This document shows positions 52,901-64,000 of a DNA stretch of 64,000 bases, one piece after another. The translations under genes were made by a program, and so were the position numbers. Origin of the DNA: Squalus acanthias. Its lineage: Eukaryota. Position 1 is the stretch's first letter, and each line of letters starts with the position of its first letter. The notes below the pieces were generated by a model. It was not told the origin of the DNA. It made no database searches and saw nothing but the letters and a program-made list of their open reading frames with translations. The stretch spans positions 123,940,001 to 124,004,000 of the forward strand of contig CM059432.1 in the NCBI GenBank assembly GCA_030390025.1, given 5' to 3'.

Positions 52901-55030
52901 CCCAGGACATCTCTGCAGGAGGTCCTCAGGGCAGTGTCCTCGGTACAACCATCTTCAGCTGCTTCATCAATGACCTTCACTCCATCATAAAATCAGAAGT
53001 GGAGAAGTTAACTGATGACTGCACAGTGTTCAGTTCCATTCACAACTCCTCAGATAATGAAGCTGCCCATGCCCGCATGCGGCAATACCCGAACAACATT
53101 CAAGCTTGGGTTGATAAGTGGCAAGTAACATTCACGCCACACAAGTGCCAGGCACTGACTATCTCCAACAAGAGAAAGTCTAACCACCTCCCTTTGACAT
53201 TCAATGGCATTGCCATCAGCGAATCCCCCACCATCAACATCCTGGGGGGTCACCATTGACCAGAAACTTAACTGGACCAGGCACATAAACACAGTGGCTA
53301 CAAGAGCAGGTCAGAGGCTAGGTATTCTGCGGCGAGTGTCTCACCTCCTGACTCCCCAAAGGCTTTCCACCATCTACAAAAGCACAAGTCAGGAGTGTGA
53401 TGGAATGCTCTTCACTTGCCTGGATGAGTGCAGCTCCAACAACACTCAAGAAGCTCGACACCATCCAGGACAAAGCAGCCCGTTTAATTGGCACCCCATC
53501 CACCACCTTAAACATTAATTTGCTCCACTATCAGAGCACCGTGGCTGCAGTGTGTACCATCTACCAGCAACTCACCATGACTTCTCCGACAGCACCTCCT
53601 AAACCCGCGACCACCTTGAAGGACAAGGGCAGCAGGTGCATGGGAACACCACCACCTCCAATTTCCCCTCCAAGTCACACACCATCCTGACCTGGAAATA
53701 CATTCCCATTCCTTCACCTTCGCTGGATCAAAATCCTGGAACTCCTTCCCAAGCAGCACTGTGGGAGTACCTTCACCACACGACTGCAGCAGTTCAAGAA
53801 GGCAGCTCACCACCACCTTCTCAAGCGCAATTAGGGATGAGCAATAAATGCTGGCCTTGCCAGCGACGCCCACATCCCATGAATGAATGATAAAAAAATA
53901 CATTCCACTTCCTCCTAGTCCCACAATCTCTTCTGACCTTCAAGCTGCAGATGGTGTTAGCATGCACTTCTTACTCACCACAATCTTACCCTTGTGCCTT
54001 TCTCCTTTCAGATATCAAAGAAGTGCAACCTGGCGAGGCCGTAGAGGAAGACCAAGAAGAGAATGATGATGAAGACATACCATCACTTGATTTCACACTC
54101 GCAGCCACCAGCTTAGATACTAACACTGTGCGTATCTTAGAGCATAAATTAGAGGTGGGATCTGCATGTGGTGTGACACCAGGCCCAAGTGCGCTGCAGC
54201 AAGGGCAGGGGGCCAGGAGGGCGAGGTCGAACACGAGTTCTGCTGCAGAAGACTCAGATGAGGTCTTTGATGGGCCAGGCTGCACAAGGTGCATTGGGAA
54301 GCCTGCCAGAAAGCCTGTGTTCAATGTCAAGGAGCACGGAGGAGTCGGCACCAACTTGGCACAGGGCTTTGCGCAGAGCTTGCAGCCCATCCTTTCCAGC
54401 GTGGAAGTGGTCGCCAACTCCATCAACACACTTGTGGACCCAAGCATGATGCAGCGTCTGATGGCCGATGTCTCAGCTTCCATTGGAGGACAAGCAGCTT
54501 CCACCAAAAGTCTGAATGATGCAGTGGAAGCTCAGACTGAAGTCATGCAAGGTCAACTTGCTGCCATGCAAGCTCAGACTGCTTCCATCATGGCTGTGGA
54601 TACCTGTGTTCAAAGGGGCTTGCAGGGTGCCACAGCAGTCCAGCAATCTGACCTCCAACAGATTACGAGATTTGCTGAGGCGTCACCTCGGGGAGTGGCA
54701 GTGGCTCCATGGAGCACGAGCCTGCTGTCCTCTCTCAGGATGACAGCATTCGTGCTCCCACACTTGCCTTCCACCAGTGCCCTTGCTGTTGCCTGTCAGC
54801 CAGCCAGCCCACACTGTTGCCGCTCATGCTGAGATGGTGCCGTCTGAAGCCATGCCTTCTAGGCCCAGAGCTGCTTGAAGCCATCCTCCAAGGCCATCTG
54901 CGGTCTCCACTGAATTTCAGCAACCTTCCATCAACCATGCTGCAGCCACTGGGGTAGCACTGCGTAGGAGTACGAGGATAGGCAAAGGCACACAGAAGAC
55001 AGTCACTAAGGGAATGCACAACGATGATTA
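49930..55030 (+). pseudogene. Harbinger Myb/SANT-like gene (exons ~49930-50158, 50447-50606, 54011-55030)
   Basis: MAEYGRARAPRFSNAALEVLVEEVERRRDVLY; CAG|EKVAHSRRQQELTGGG; TTTCAG| then exon 3. The LINE sits in apparent intron 2. Confidence 0.78.
50637..53898 (+). mobile_element. tRNA-headed single-ORF LINE, copy 2 (uninterrupted)
   Basis: B box GAGTTCAATTCCC at 50674-50686; structured leader; disrupted APE-RT ORF ending at TAG 53832-53834; 3' hairpin GCTGGC-CTT-GCCAGC; (ATGA)n and A tail; possible TSD ACAT. Confidence 0.93.
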
Positions 55031-55199
55031 GTTTAAGTTTGTATGCAATATGGCATGATTTAATTTATAAATTTGATTTGGAATGTTTATTTTGTGTTGG
55101 CTTTTATTTTTGCATTGTGGCCAAGAGGATGATGTGATGGTCAGTGACAGAGGGAAGGTAAGGAGTGGGACTGTTGGTGAATGGGGATTTGGGGTTGAG

Positions 55200-56362
55200 G
55201 TTACTAGTATCGTACTTGAATTAGTTCTTCATGTACGGAGAAAGGGGCTGTCTAGGTTGGCGCCTCCCTTCCTCTTCCTCCTCTTCCGCCTCCTCCTCTT
55301 CCACATCCTCCTCCTCTTCCACATGTTCCTGCTCCTCAGCTTCTCGCCTGATAGGTGGTGGCAAGGGCTATCCCTTCATGATGGCAAGTTTGTGCAGCAT
55401 GCAGCAGACCACCACAAATCTTGAGACCTGCTCAGCCGAGTATGGCAGGGCTCCTCCAGAGTGATCCAGGCAGCGGAATCGTTGCTTTAGCTCGTCAATG
55501 GTCTGCTCTATCACATTTCTTGTGGCAGCATGACTCTCATTATATGCATGCTGCGCACGTATGCATGGGTTGTGAACTGGAGTCATGAGCCATGTTGTCA
55601 ACGGATAGCCCTTGTCACCCAATAGCCACCCTTTGGTTTGCCGTGGTGGCTGAAATACATCTGGCACTACGGACTGCCACAGGATGAAGGCATCATGACT
55701 TCTGCCAGGATATCGGGCATTGACCTGCACGATGCACTGCCTATGGTCACACACCAGCTGGACATTGAGGGAGTGGAATTCCTTTTGGTTCTGGTACATG
55801 GCAGAGTTAACATGCGGCACCCACAAAGCAATGTGCGTGCAGTCAATCACACCCTGCACCATGGGGAAGCCTGCAATCATTGCAAACCCTCATGCTCACT
55901 CCGCCTGCTTGTCTCTGGCAAGAGGGAATGAAATGAAGTTAGCTCTCGTTGAATAAAGAGCCTCAGTGACCTCTCTAATGCAATAGTGGATGGCAAACTG
56001 TGAGGTGTTGCAAATATCTCCAGCTCCAGCCTGGAAGGAGCCAGATGCATAAAAGTTCATCGCCACAGTCACCTTCACAGCCATTGGCAATGTGGTTCTT
56101 GCCTTGCGTTGAGGTTGGAGCTGTAGCTGCAGCAGTTGGCAGATTTCAGTGAGGACCTCCTTAATGAAGCGTCGACGTCTCACACATTGTTAATCGCTGA
56201 GGTTCACTTCGGAGAATTGGTGGGCGGATATGACCTCCTGCTGAGAACCCTTCTCCCCCTCCTCCTCCTCCCTCTTCTAACAGCTTGTCCGGCTCTGCGT
56301 GGCCTCTGCTCTTTCTCCCAGTCATGCTCTATTCCAAGAGGAAGGCCTGCTAGTGCACCCAT
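55200..56362 (-). pseudogene. Harbinger DDE transposase, disrupted
   Basis: MGALAG..., AVKVTVAMNFYASGSFQ, GVIDCTHIAL, FHSLNVQLVCD, PGRSHDAFI, LLGDKGYPL, LKQRFRCLD. Confidence 0.92.
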
Positions 56363-57199
56363 GTCTGGGGTCAACTGGTTTGTGCAGAAGCCTTGAGCAC
56401 CTGCCACACCACTCTCTGTAAACTTTTGAAACTTGAAACAACTATGGAAAGCACCAAACCCTTGTAGAATTGTAGCATCAGCCAGAAGAAATCAACCAGC
56501 AACTAACCTGTAAGTAGTTGATGATCCCTTTAAATAGCGCTGGTGCGGGGTCCTTCCTGCTGCTTAACACGTGTTCAGCTGTGCAATTTGAATAGAGGGC
56601 ATCAGCTGGAGTATTAAGCTGCAAAATACCAGCACTGGCGTCAAATCAGCGTTGTACGCTGATTGACGTCATGATTTGCCTGCTCTGCATACTTCCGGTG
56701 GATGTTAACTGCTCTTTACTAAGATGGCGTCCGGCACGCTTCACGTTAGAAGTGTGCTGCGCTCCGCGGACACGATTTTGGAACCTTAAGGGCGCTTGTG
56801 GTGCTCAAAGAATGGGCGCTACAGAGCCTACTATCACGCCCCTTATGTTTAAGTTTGGGATCTGGGCTGAGAGGCTCAGCAATGATATCTATTCTGAGTT
56901 TGACTAATGTAGACAATAAGGGAAACAGCAGCTGTCCTTGGCAAGTACTGCAAAAGAAATGTTCTTTTGCAACAAATTATTTCAAGTTAGTATAAGCTGA
57001 GGAAAGATTAGTCTCCCAAGGCATCAATAGTAGAGCAAAGCTAATTAAGTGTTAGGCCATTTGTGAACAGCAGAATTTATTTTTTCTACTCCTTTATATT
57101 TTGTAGTTGAAAACTACATGAGTTGCACACTGTGGCAAAAGAGCTGAGGTGCAATAAATTAATGTAATGAAAACTTCCCTTTCTGTTTTGTATATTAAG

Positions 57200-57288
57200 T
57201 CGTGTAACAATGGAGTGGAGCTGAAGACAACACTAAGCAGAGCAGATGGAGAATTGCTTATATTCATCCTTCCTCGAAGAAAGACGAG
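57200..57288 (+). other. Possible host exon (unidentified)
   Basis: Pyrimidine tract plus AG at 57198-57199; GAG|GTAATT donor; non-repetitive and CpG-retaining. No recognisable protein. Confidence 0.2.
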
Positions 57289-57815
57289 GTAATTTCCGCA
57301 TATACAGTCCTGGTTGGCGAAGCAGTGTACTGCAAATGCTGAAGATGAAGAGTACCCGTGATCTCAATTTCTCTTCCAACTCCTGTCCTATTGCCCATTA
57401 CTTCTTGTAAATACCCTATTTGTGTATATATACATAGGGTTAGGGTTTGGTTTAATCTCATATGACTAAGGTTTTTGCTTTCTTTTCACTTATTAGTGGC
57501 TTGTGGATTTGTATTGTAGCTAGTAATTATGAAATGGTTACGTTGTTCATTCCTGGGATGTTTTAGGGTTTGATGTATCAGTGTACAATTTAGCTAACTG
57601 TGCTGTTGAGATGCAGATTGTGTGATTTGTGCCTGTTGTCTTCTTTTTATCAATACATTGGGAAACAAGGTAGCCTTGAGATAAGGAAACGGGACAATGG
57701 AGCAAAGATTATTAGTTACATGTTTAAAGGTAAACAGATTGGCCATCTGGAAGTTTTGTAGGAACTATCTCATTTCTGAGGGTCTTGTTCACAATAACTG
57801 TTATAAAGACATGAT

Positions 57816-58200
57816 GGCCCAGAATTTGCGGTCAGCGGCGAAGTGGAGGCGTTCACCGCTGGCCCCGAAGTGCGCTTCGCACAAGGATCTCGTGATCTCT
57901 GTGTCGAGAACTTGGGGTTTTCTGACATTCAATTCAAATTAGCGGAGGTTAATGGGGATCCCCTTGTGCGAGCTGCTGTGACACCAACAAGCCGTCTAAG
58001 CAGCCAATCAAAAAGCTTCTCACAGACAGCGAACAAGGAAGTGAGTAAGCTTTAAAAATTCTAACTTTTTAAAAACGATAGAGAGAGCAAAACAACAATT
58101 GGGGCATTCACATGAGGAAAAGGCAAACCTAAAATAAAGATGGACAAACTTTAAAAAATGCTTAATTTTTAAAAAGTTTTTAAAAAATTTTAAAGGTTTA
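57816..58200. mobile_element. MITE left-end fragment
   Basis: Starts GGCCCAGAATTT, like the family B TIR; followed by an AT-rich interior. Confidence 0.55.
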
Positions 58201-58635
58201 AGTTGCAAACTATACTTGGTGTCAGATTCAAATTCTCTTAAATTCTGCACTTTCTAAAAATTATACAAACTGCTGTTAACTTTCAATTTATCCATCATTT
58301 TGAAAGATCTAATCCATGATTGCAAGTATTTTTTTAGTATAGCTGCTCCACTAGTAATTTTCTTGCTTACATTACGCATCTCTGGAACTCTGCTCCAGAA
58401 CACTTCAGTGATTCATTTGTCATTGCCTTGACCACCTTCAAAGTCCTTGACAAGGGTGCATATTTAAGCAAGTTACCACCATATCATTTTCTACCAAAGC
58501 TTTCTTTATGGTTATCTAGTTAGTGTTCAAATCAGTCATTCTAAGGTGTAAGTAATGGCTCATCCAGATTCTTTTTCAGTCAACTCAGTTATTCTGCAGG
58601 GTTCTGTTTTCTCTCCCCATCTGTTCCTTCTCTCT

Positions 58636-59058
58636 TATTCTCTAGAATTTAGAAGAATGAGAGGTGATCTTATTGAAACATACAAAATTCTTGCAGGGCT
58701 TGACAGGGTAGATGCAGGGAGGATGTTTCCCCTGGCTGGGGAGTCTAGAACCAGGGATCACGGTCTCAGAATAAGGGGTTGGCCATTTAGGACTGCGATG
58801 AGGAGAAATTTCTTCACTCAGAGGGTGGTGAATCTTTGGAATTCTCTACCCCAGAGGGCTGTGGAGGCTCAGTCGTTGTGTATATTCAAGACAGAGATCG
58901 ATAGATTTTTGAATATTAAGGGAATCAAGGAATATAGGGATAGTTCAGGAAAGTGGAGATATGGTAGAAGATCAGCCATGATCTTATTGAATGGTGGAGC
59001 AGGCTCGAAGGGCCGAATGGCCTACACCTGCTCCTATTTCTTATGTTCTTATGTTCTT
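58636..59058 (+). mobile_element. CR1 3' fragment
   Basis: YSLEFRRMRGDLIETYKIL...; TTCTTATG tail. Confidence 0.92.
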
Positions 59059-59204
59059 ATCAATGACTCTTCCACTCATCATCCAGCTCTATTGCTGATG
59101 ATTCAAATCTACATTCATCAACTTCATTCAAATTGCATGCCCTCAATGCGTACAACCTCTATCCCAGAATCATTATATCCAGATCACCTTCATGTGATTC
59201 AATG

Positions 59205-59650
59205 AACATAGGAACAGGAGTGGGCCATTCAGCCCCTCGAGCCTGTTCTGCCATTCAATTAGACCATGGCTGATCCGTATCTTAACTCCATTTACGCACC
59301 TTGCTTCGATATCGCTTAATACCCTTACCTAACAAAAATCTTTCAATCTCAGTTTTGAGACCCAGCCTCAACGGATTTTTGGGAGAAAGAGTTATAGATT
59401 TCCACTCCGCTTTGTGTGAAGGAATGCTTCCTGACATCACCCCTGAACGGCCAAGCTCTAATTTTAAGGTTGTGTCCCCTTGTTCTGGACTTCCCCACTG
59501 GCGGAAATAGTTTCTATCTACCTTATCAAATCCTTTAAAGATCACCCCTTAATTTTCTATACTGAAGGGAATACAAGCCTAGACTATGTAACCTGTCCTC
59601 CTAATGTAACCCTTTTAGCCCCGGTATCATTCTGGAGAATCTGTGCTGCC
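59205..59650 (-). mobile_element. CR1 3' fragment (older)
   Basis: KGFDKVD...LKTEIERFLLGKGIK plus CR1 3' UTR. Confidence 0.75.
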
Positions 59651-60352
59651 CCCCGACCCCAAATCTTAAATCTTTTTGGGCTCTGCTTTCTTGGGCTTTG
59701 CTGATTTCAGCTTGGGCTTGGCCTTCAGACTCTAGTAACTTCCCCACAACAACAATGAAAATCTTGTTCCTTCAGAATTGCAAAGACACAAGTCCAACCA
59801 ACAGATATCAACACTTACCTTTGTTGCTTCACCCTTGGTTCTTCTTCGTCTATTGGCATCCTGTGTATCACTATCTCCTCTGATCTCAAATGCAACTCTC
59901 ACAGCTCCTCCAGCGTTAAAGTTGCCTCCAAGAAGCTGGGTTTCCTCTTTTGTGCCAAAGACTTCATTTCACCTGAACAATTCTTCTTTTTCTTGCTGAT
60001 TTTCTCTCCCCTCTTCTCCTGAAGGCAATAACCCTTTATTGGGATCTGGTTATACAGCTTCCAGCTGTCATTTGGCACCACACCTGAATTTATTGAACTG
60101 TGAACCTTGACTGTGATTTTCAGCAGACATCTCGACCCTTCATCCAGGAAGTCTCATATCATTTCTCTCTAGAATGAGGTCAGCTCCTGACTCTGGATTT
60201 AGACTGTCATTTTAGTCTCATTATGATGCAGAAACTGACTTGCGGCAATGCTAAAATTGCAATATCAACACATTTGTGTAAGAACAGAGTTGTGAGAAGA
60301 ACAATGTTGGATTTTTTTAGTGTGAAAGTGGTATGATTTCAGATGAATCATC

Positions 60353-60416
60353 GTTCCTGTGAAGCATCGTTGGACGTTTTACTACGTTAAAGACGCTATA
60401 TAAATGCAAGTTGTTG
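60353..60416 (+). mobile_element. L2-type 3' tail
   Basis: GACGTTTTACTACGTTAAAGACGCTATATAAATGCAAGTTGTTG, the same tail as the L2 at 60720. Confidence 0.7.
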
Positions 60417-60719
60417 CAAAAGAATAAATCAACATTCATTTTGGTTCTGGGGGCAATAGGCAGCATATATTAGTATTACTCATTGTAGTTATCTTTGAAA
60501 AAAAATCAATCAGTCATCAAATTATGTTACTTTCCCTTCTTCACTCTCCTTTAAGTTCCCCCATTCTCAACCATTTCCTATCCTAATTATCATATGAGGG
60601 AATTACATCTACAGGCTTACTTTGCAAATGAGTTCTCCTGATGTGGACCCTCACCCTTCGAGAATGCATATCAGGAAATCGTGGATGCATTCCCCGCAAA
60701 ATTTGTAGCGCACATTATT

Positions 60720-61226
60720 ACAACAACAACAACACGTTGTATTTATATAGCGCCTTTAATGTAGTAAAACGTCCCAAGGCACTGCACAGGAGTATTTTAA
60801 GACAAAAAATTTGACACCGATCCACATAAGGATAAATTAGGGCAGGTGACCAAAAGCTTGGTCAAAGAGGTAGGTTTTAAGGAGTGTCCTAAAGGAGGAA
60901 AGAGAGGTAGAGAGGCGGAGAGGTTTAGGCAGGGAATTCCAGAGCTTCAGACCTCGGCAGCTGAAGGCACGGCCACCAATGTTTGAGCGATTATAATCAG
61001 GGATGCTCAAGAGGGCAGAATTAGAGGAGCGCAGATATCTCGGGGGTTTGTGGGGCTGAAGGAGATTACAGAGATAGGAAGGGGCGAGGCCATTGAGGGT
61101 TTTGTAAACAAGGATGAGAATTTTGAAATTGAGGCGTTGCTTAACCGGGAGCCAATGTAGGTCAGCGAGTTCAGGGGTGACGGGTGAACGGGACTTGGTG
61201 CGAGTTAGGACATGGGCAGCCGAGTA
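60720..61226 (-). mobile_element. L2 LINE 3' fragment
   Basis: LHWLPVKQRLNFKIL...GLAPSYL...GGRAFS...LWNSLP...LKTYLF; GGCGCTATATAAAT followed by (TTG)n. Confidence 0.92.
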
Positions 61227-61698
61227 GGTAGGCCTTCTGGTATGAATTGTAATTTGGAGTAAATTTGCAGTAAATGTCCCCACCCCCTTCTCTCACAAGC
61301 ACGTCTCTTTCATACCTGTAAGATTTTCCTATTTAGCTGCAGATTTTATATCGGTATTATAGCACTATAATTGCAGAGTTACTAATGACATTACTGATTT
61401 TTTTTTTACAGCAAGTGACTTTGCAGTTGTCTCTTTCAGCCACTGACTGATGTTCTTGCACTGCGGCTGCATAATTACAATTCAAAACTCCACAATCTGC
61501 AATCTCCAGCTGCATTCGCTCTGTTCCAGACCTGAAAATAATACCTGAAATGAGCTTATGAGAATCACTCATTGTGATCATTACAAACTATCTACAGATT
61601 TCACTCAGTCTAATAAATTACAATCAGAGCTGGTCCAGATTAATGGAAGCTAACGAAATAGGATTAGATTAAATATATATTAATATATTAAAAACACT

Positions 61699-62199
61699 GG
61701 TCCTGAAATTCCTGAGGCCCAGAGGGCGATTTTGCTGCAGACTGCTAGCCTGGAATTTGGAGCGCAACCTGGATCTGCCAGAGTTCCATCCTTTTTGGGA
61801 CCAGTCGAAAATCCCTAGCACTTTCAGGGGTGGGCCCACAGTGAAATGCCTCGTGTGAGCCCCTGGAACCTGGCATGGCTGCAATGGGAGATAGGACTTC
61901 GGAAATTCAAAGGACAATTTTGCAATGTTATTGATTGCAGTGTGATTAAAGGCACAGCCTAAACTGCTAGAAAGAGCCAGCAGTGCTTTTCATAGATTTA
62001 TATTTTTAAGCTTCTGGAGCCCTTTGAGCCCACTGATGCTATGGCAAGGTGCCGCAGTGAAATTTCTCCCCCTACCACTCAGACGGGTTTGCAGCTGCAA
62101 AATAACCTGACCCGGGGATTTCTGAAAGGGTCAATAGTGGGCAGGGAGAAGTGCTGCTCTGTCCCACCTCAGATCTACCTCCCCTGGAATTTCAGGGCT
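61699..62199. mobile_element. Harbinger-type MITE
   Basis: TIR GGTCCTGAAATTCC / GGAATTTCAGGGCT. Confidence 0.75.
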
Positions 62200-62202
62200 A
62201 TA

Positions 62203-62854
62203 GGCCCTGATAATTACAAGGAGGGTGCAGGGAGGCCAAAACCGGCAAAGAGCCCGGCAAGGCTGGGGCGCGGAGGTCCTGCCGATCCTAACGGCAGGAC
62301 CTTATTAACATTTTGCAGCTCCGTCTCCCACCCGGTGTGGGTGGGAACACCAGTGGCAGGAGGCCACAGCTGGGGCCTATTGGGGAGGGTCCCCGGCACT
62401 TGGGAGGGTGGAAGGTCAGCAATTGGGGCTGGATTGGGCAGGGTAGGCCTCCAATTGGGGCTGAGGGAGGCCGAAGGCTTCCTTGAGGGGTCCTGGGGGA
62501 CAGCACTCCTGCTCCTCCTGGCCCACAAAGAGTGCTGAAAGAGGCACTTACTCTGTGGAGCCGGCAGCTCCCACCTCCCTTCCATTGCCAGGTTTCCCGA
62601 CCTTTGGGAAATCCGTGCAGCAGCAGTGAATTTCAAATCTGGCTTCCAATTGCACTGTGAGAGTCCGATTTAAATATGTTAATTAATCGTCCCGGTGGGA
62701 CACTCGGACACCCCGATATCCGCCGCCGTAAAAAAGGCAGCAGACGCGTGTGTGGCAGGTTGGGATTGCGATCCACATATTTCACTCTTTTACCACCACC
62801 ATCCCTGACCCTCTTCCGCCTGTTGTTGAAGGGGAGGGGGTTAATATCAGGGCT
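62203..62854. mobile_element. Harbinger-type MITE abutting the previous one
   Basis: TIR GGCCCTGATAATTA / TTAATATCAGGGCT; flanks ATA/ATC. Confidence 0.75.
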
Positions 62855-62909
62855 ATCGTGTCTCATCTAGATCAAGCCAAACACTTTAACTGAAACAATG
62901 ATCTTATAA

Positions 62910-64000
62910 TGAGAACTTGGAGTGGGCGGGGGAGGATCCAGTTGTCATGGTCCATGTAGGAACCAACGACATAGATAGAACTAGGAATGAGGTTCTGCTG
63001 AGGGAGTTTGAGGAGCTAGGATCCAAATTAAAAAGCAGAACCTCAAAGATAATAATCTCTGGATTGTTACCTGAGCCACGCGCAAATTGGCATAGGGATA
63101 AACAGATTAGAGGTTTAAATGCGTGGCTCAGAGTGGTGTGGGAGGAAGTGGTTTCAGTTCATGGGGCACTGGCACTAGTACTGGGGAAAGAGGGAGCTGT
63201 TCTGTTGGGATGGGCTCCACTTAAACCAGTGTCCTGGTGAACCAAATAACTAGGGCAGTAGACAGGGCTTTAAACTAATGAAGGGGGGATGGGAGGATTC
63301 AGGAAAGAGTAAATTTAAAAGCAGTGAGAGAAATGTCAAGGCTCTAGAGCAGAGTAGAGTTTTGGGTAAAAATAAGCAGAGTGGATCAGGAAGGGACAGA
63401 GAGAGTAACAAAAGTAATAAGGCATCAGTGACTAAGGTGACATCAGGGAAAAATAGAAATAAGTCAAAGCTAAAGGCACTATATCTGAATGCGCGAAGCA
63501 TTCGCAACTAAATAGATGAATTAATAGCGCAAATAGAAATGAACAGGTTTCATCTAATAGCCATAATGGAGACATGGTTGCAAAGTGGCCAAGGTTGGGA
63601 ACTAAATATTCCAGGATACTTAACTTTTGAAGAGATAGGCAAAATGGAAAAGGAGGAGGGGTAGCCCTGATAATAAAGGATGGGATAAAGACAGTAGAGA
63701 GAAAGGATCTTAGCTCTGAAAATCAAGAAGTAGAATCAGTTTGGGTGGAGCTAAGAAACAGCAAGGGGCAGAAAACATTGGTGGGAGGTGTTTATAGGCC
63801 CCCAAACAGTAGTTGTAATGTAGGACAGAGTATAAATCAGGAAATTAGAGGTGCATGTAACAAGGGTAATACAGTAATCATGGGGGGCTTTAATCTACAT
63901 ATAGACTGGGCAAACCAAATTTGCAGTAATAGTATGGAGGGCGAATTCATGGAATGTATACAAGATAGTTTTCTAGATCAGTATGTTGAGGAACCAACTA
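62910..64000 (+). mobile_element. CR1 (end of ORF1 esterase, start of ORF2 APE), runs off the window
   Basis: VHVGTNDI...ISGLLP; LYLNARSIRN...ETWL...YRPP. Confidence 0.92.

Larger units (their letters stand above)
49698..56842. mobile_element. Decayed autonomous-type PIF/Harbinger transposon 2, containing the nested LINE
   Basis: Myb/SANT-like gene (+) convergent with transposase (-); GGGG...CCCC ends with imperfect TIRs. Confidence 0.85.
58400..60200 (+). mobile_element. Very old LINE RT remnant interrupted by two CR1 fragments
   Basis: VILQGSVFSPHLFL...INDS, and later GILCITISSDLKCNSH...ASKKLGFLF. Confidence 0.55.

Noticed and set aside
55368..56183. Domesticated HARBI1 host gene
   Set aside because: Disrupted reading frame, paired convergently with a Myb-like gene inside terminal repeats: a decayed transposon.

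Overview
Repeat-dominated vertebrate genomic DNA, inferred to be from a cartilaginous fish (shark-type CR1 families, a Deu-domain SINE, a Penelope terminal repeat with a hammerhead ribozyme). No host protein-coding gene can be called with confidence; nearly all long ORFs are degraded transposon genes. The window holds two near-full-length CR1 LINEs in tail-to-tail orientation that share identical inactivating lesions and a tail-embedded MITE, many truncated CR1s, Vingi, L2 and Penelope fragments, two solo LTRs, two decayed two-gene PIF/Harbinger transposons and about a dozen Harbinger-type MITEs. The standout is a ~3.3-kb single-ORF (APE+RT) LINE present twice (20294-26183 minus, split by two LTRs; 50637-53898 plus). 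It has no ORF1 and begins with a tRNA-derived SINE head carrying a Pol III B box. By manual scan neither copy has a TTTT on its sense strand. It also has a hairpin-rich leader with an in-frame AUG-GCC-UAG, and a SINE in the window shares both of its ends. Together these suggest an autonomous, protein-coding retrotransposon transcribed by RNA polymerase III; this is inference and untested.
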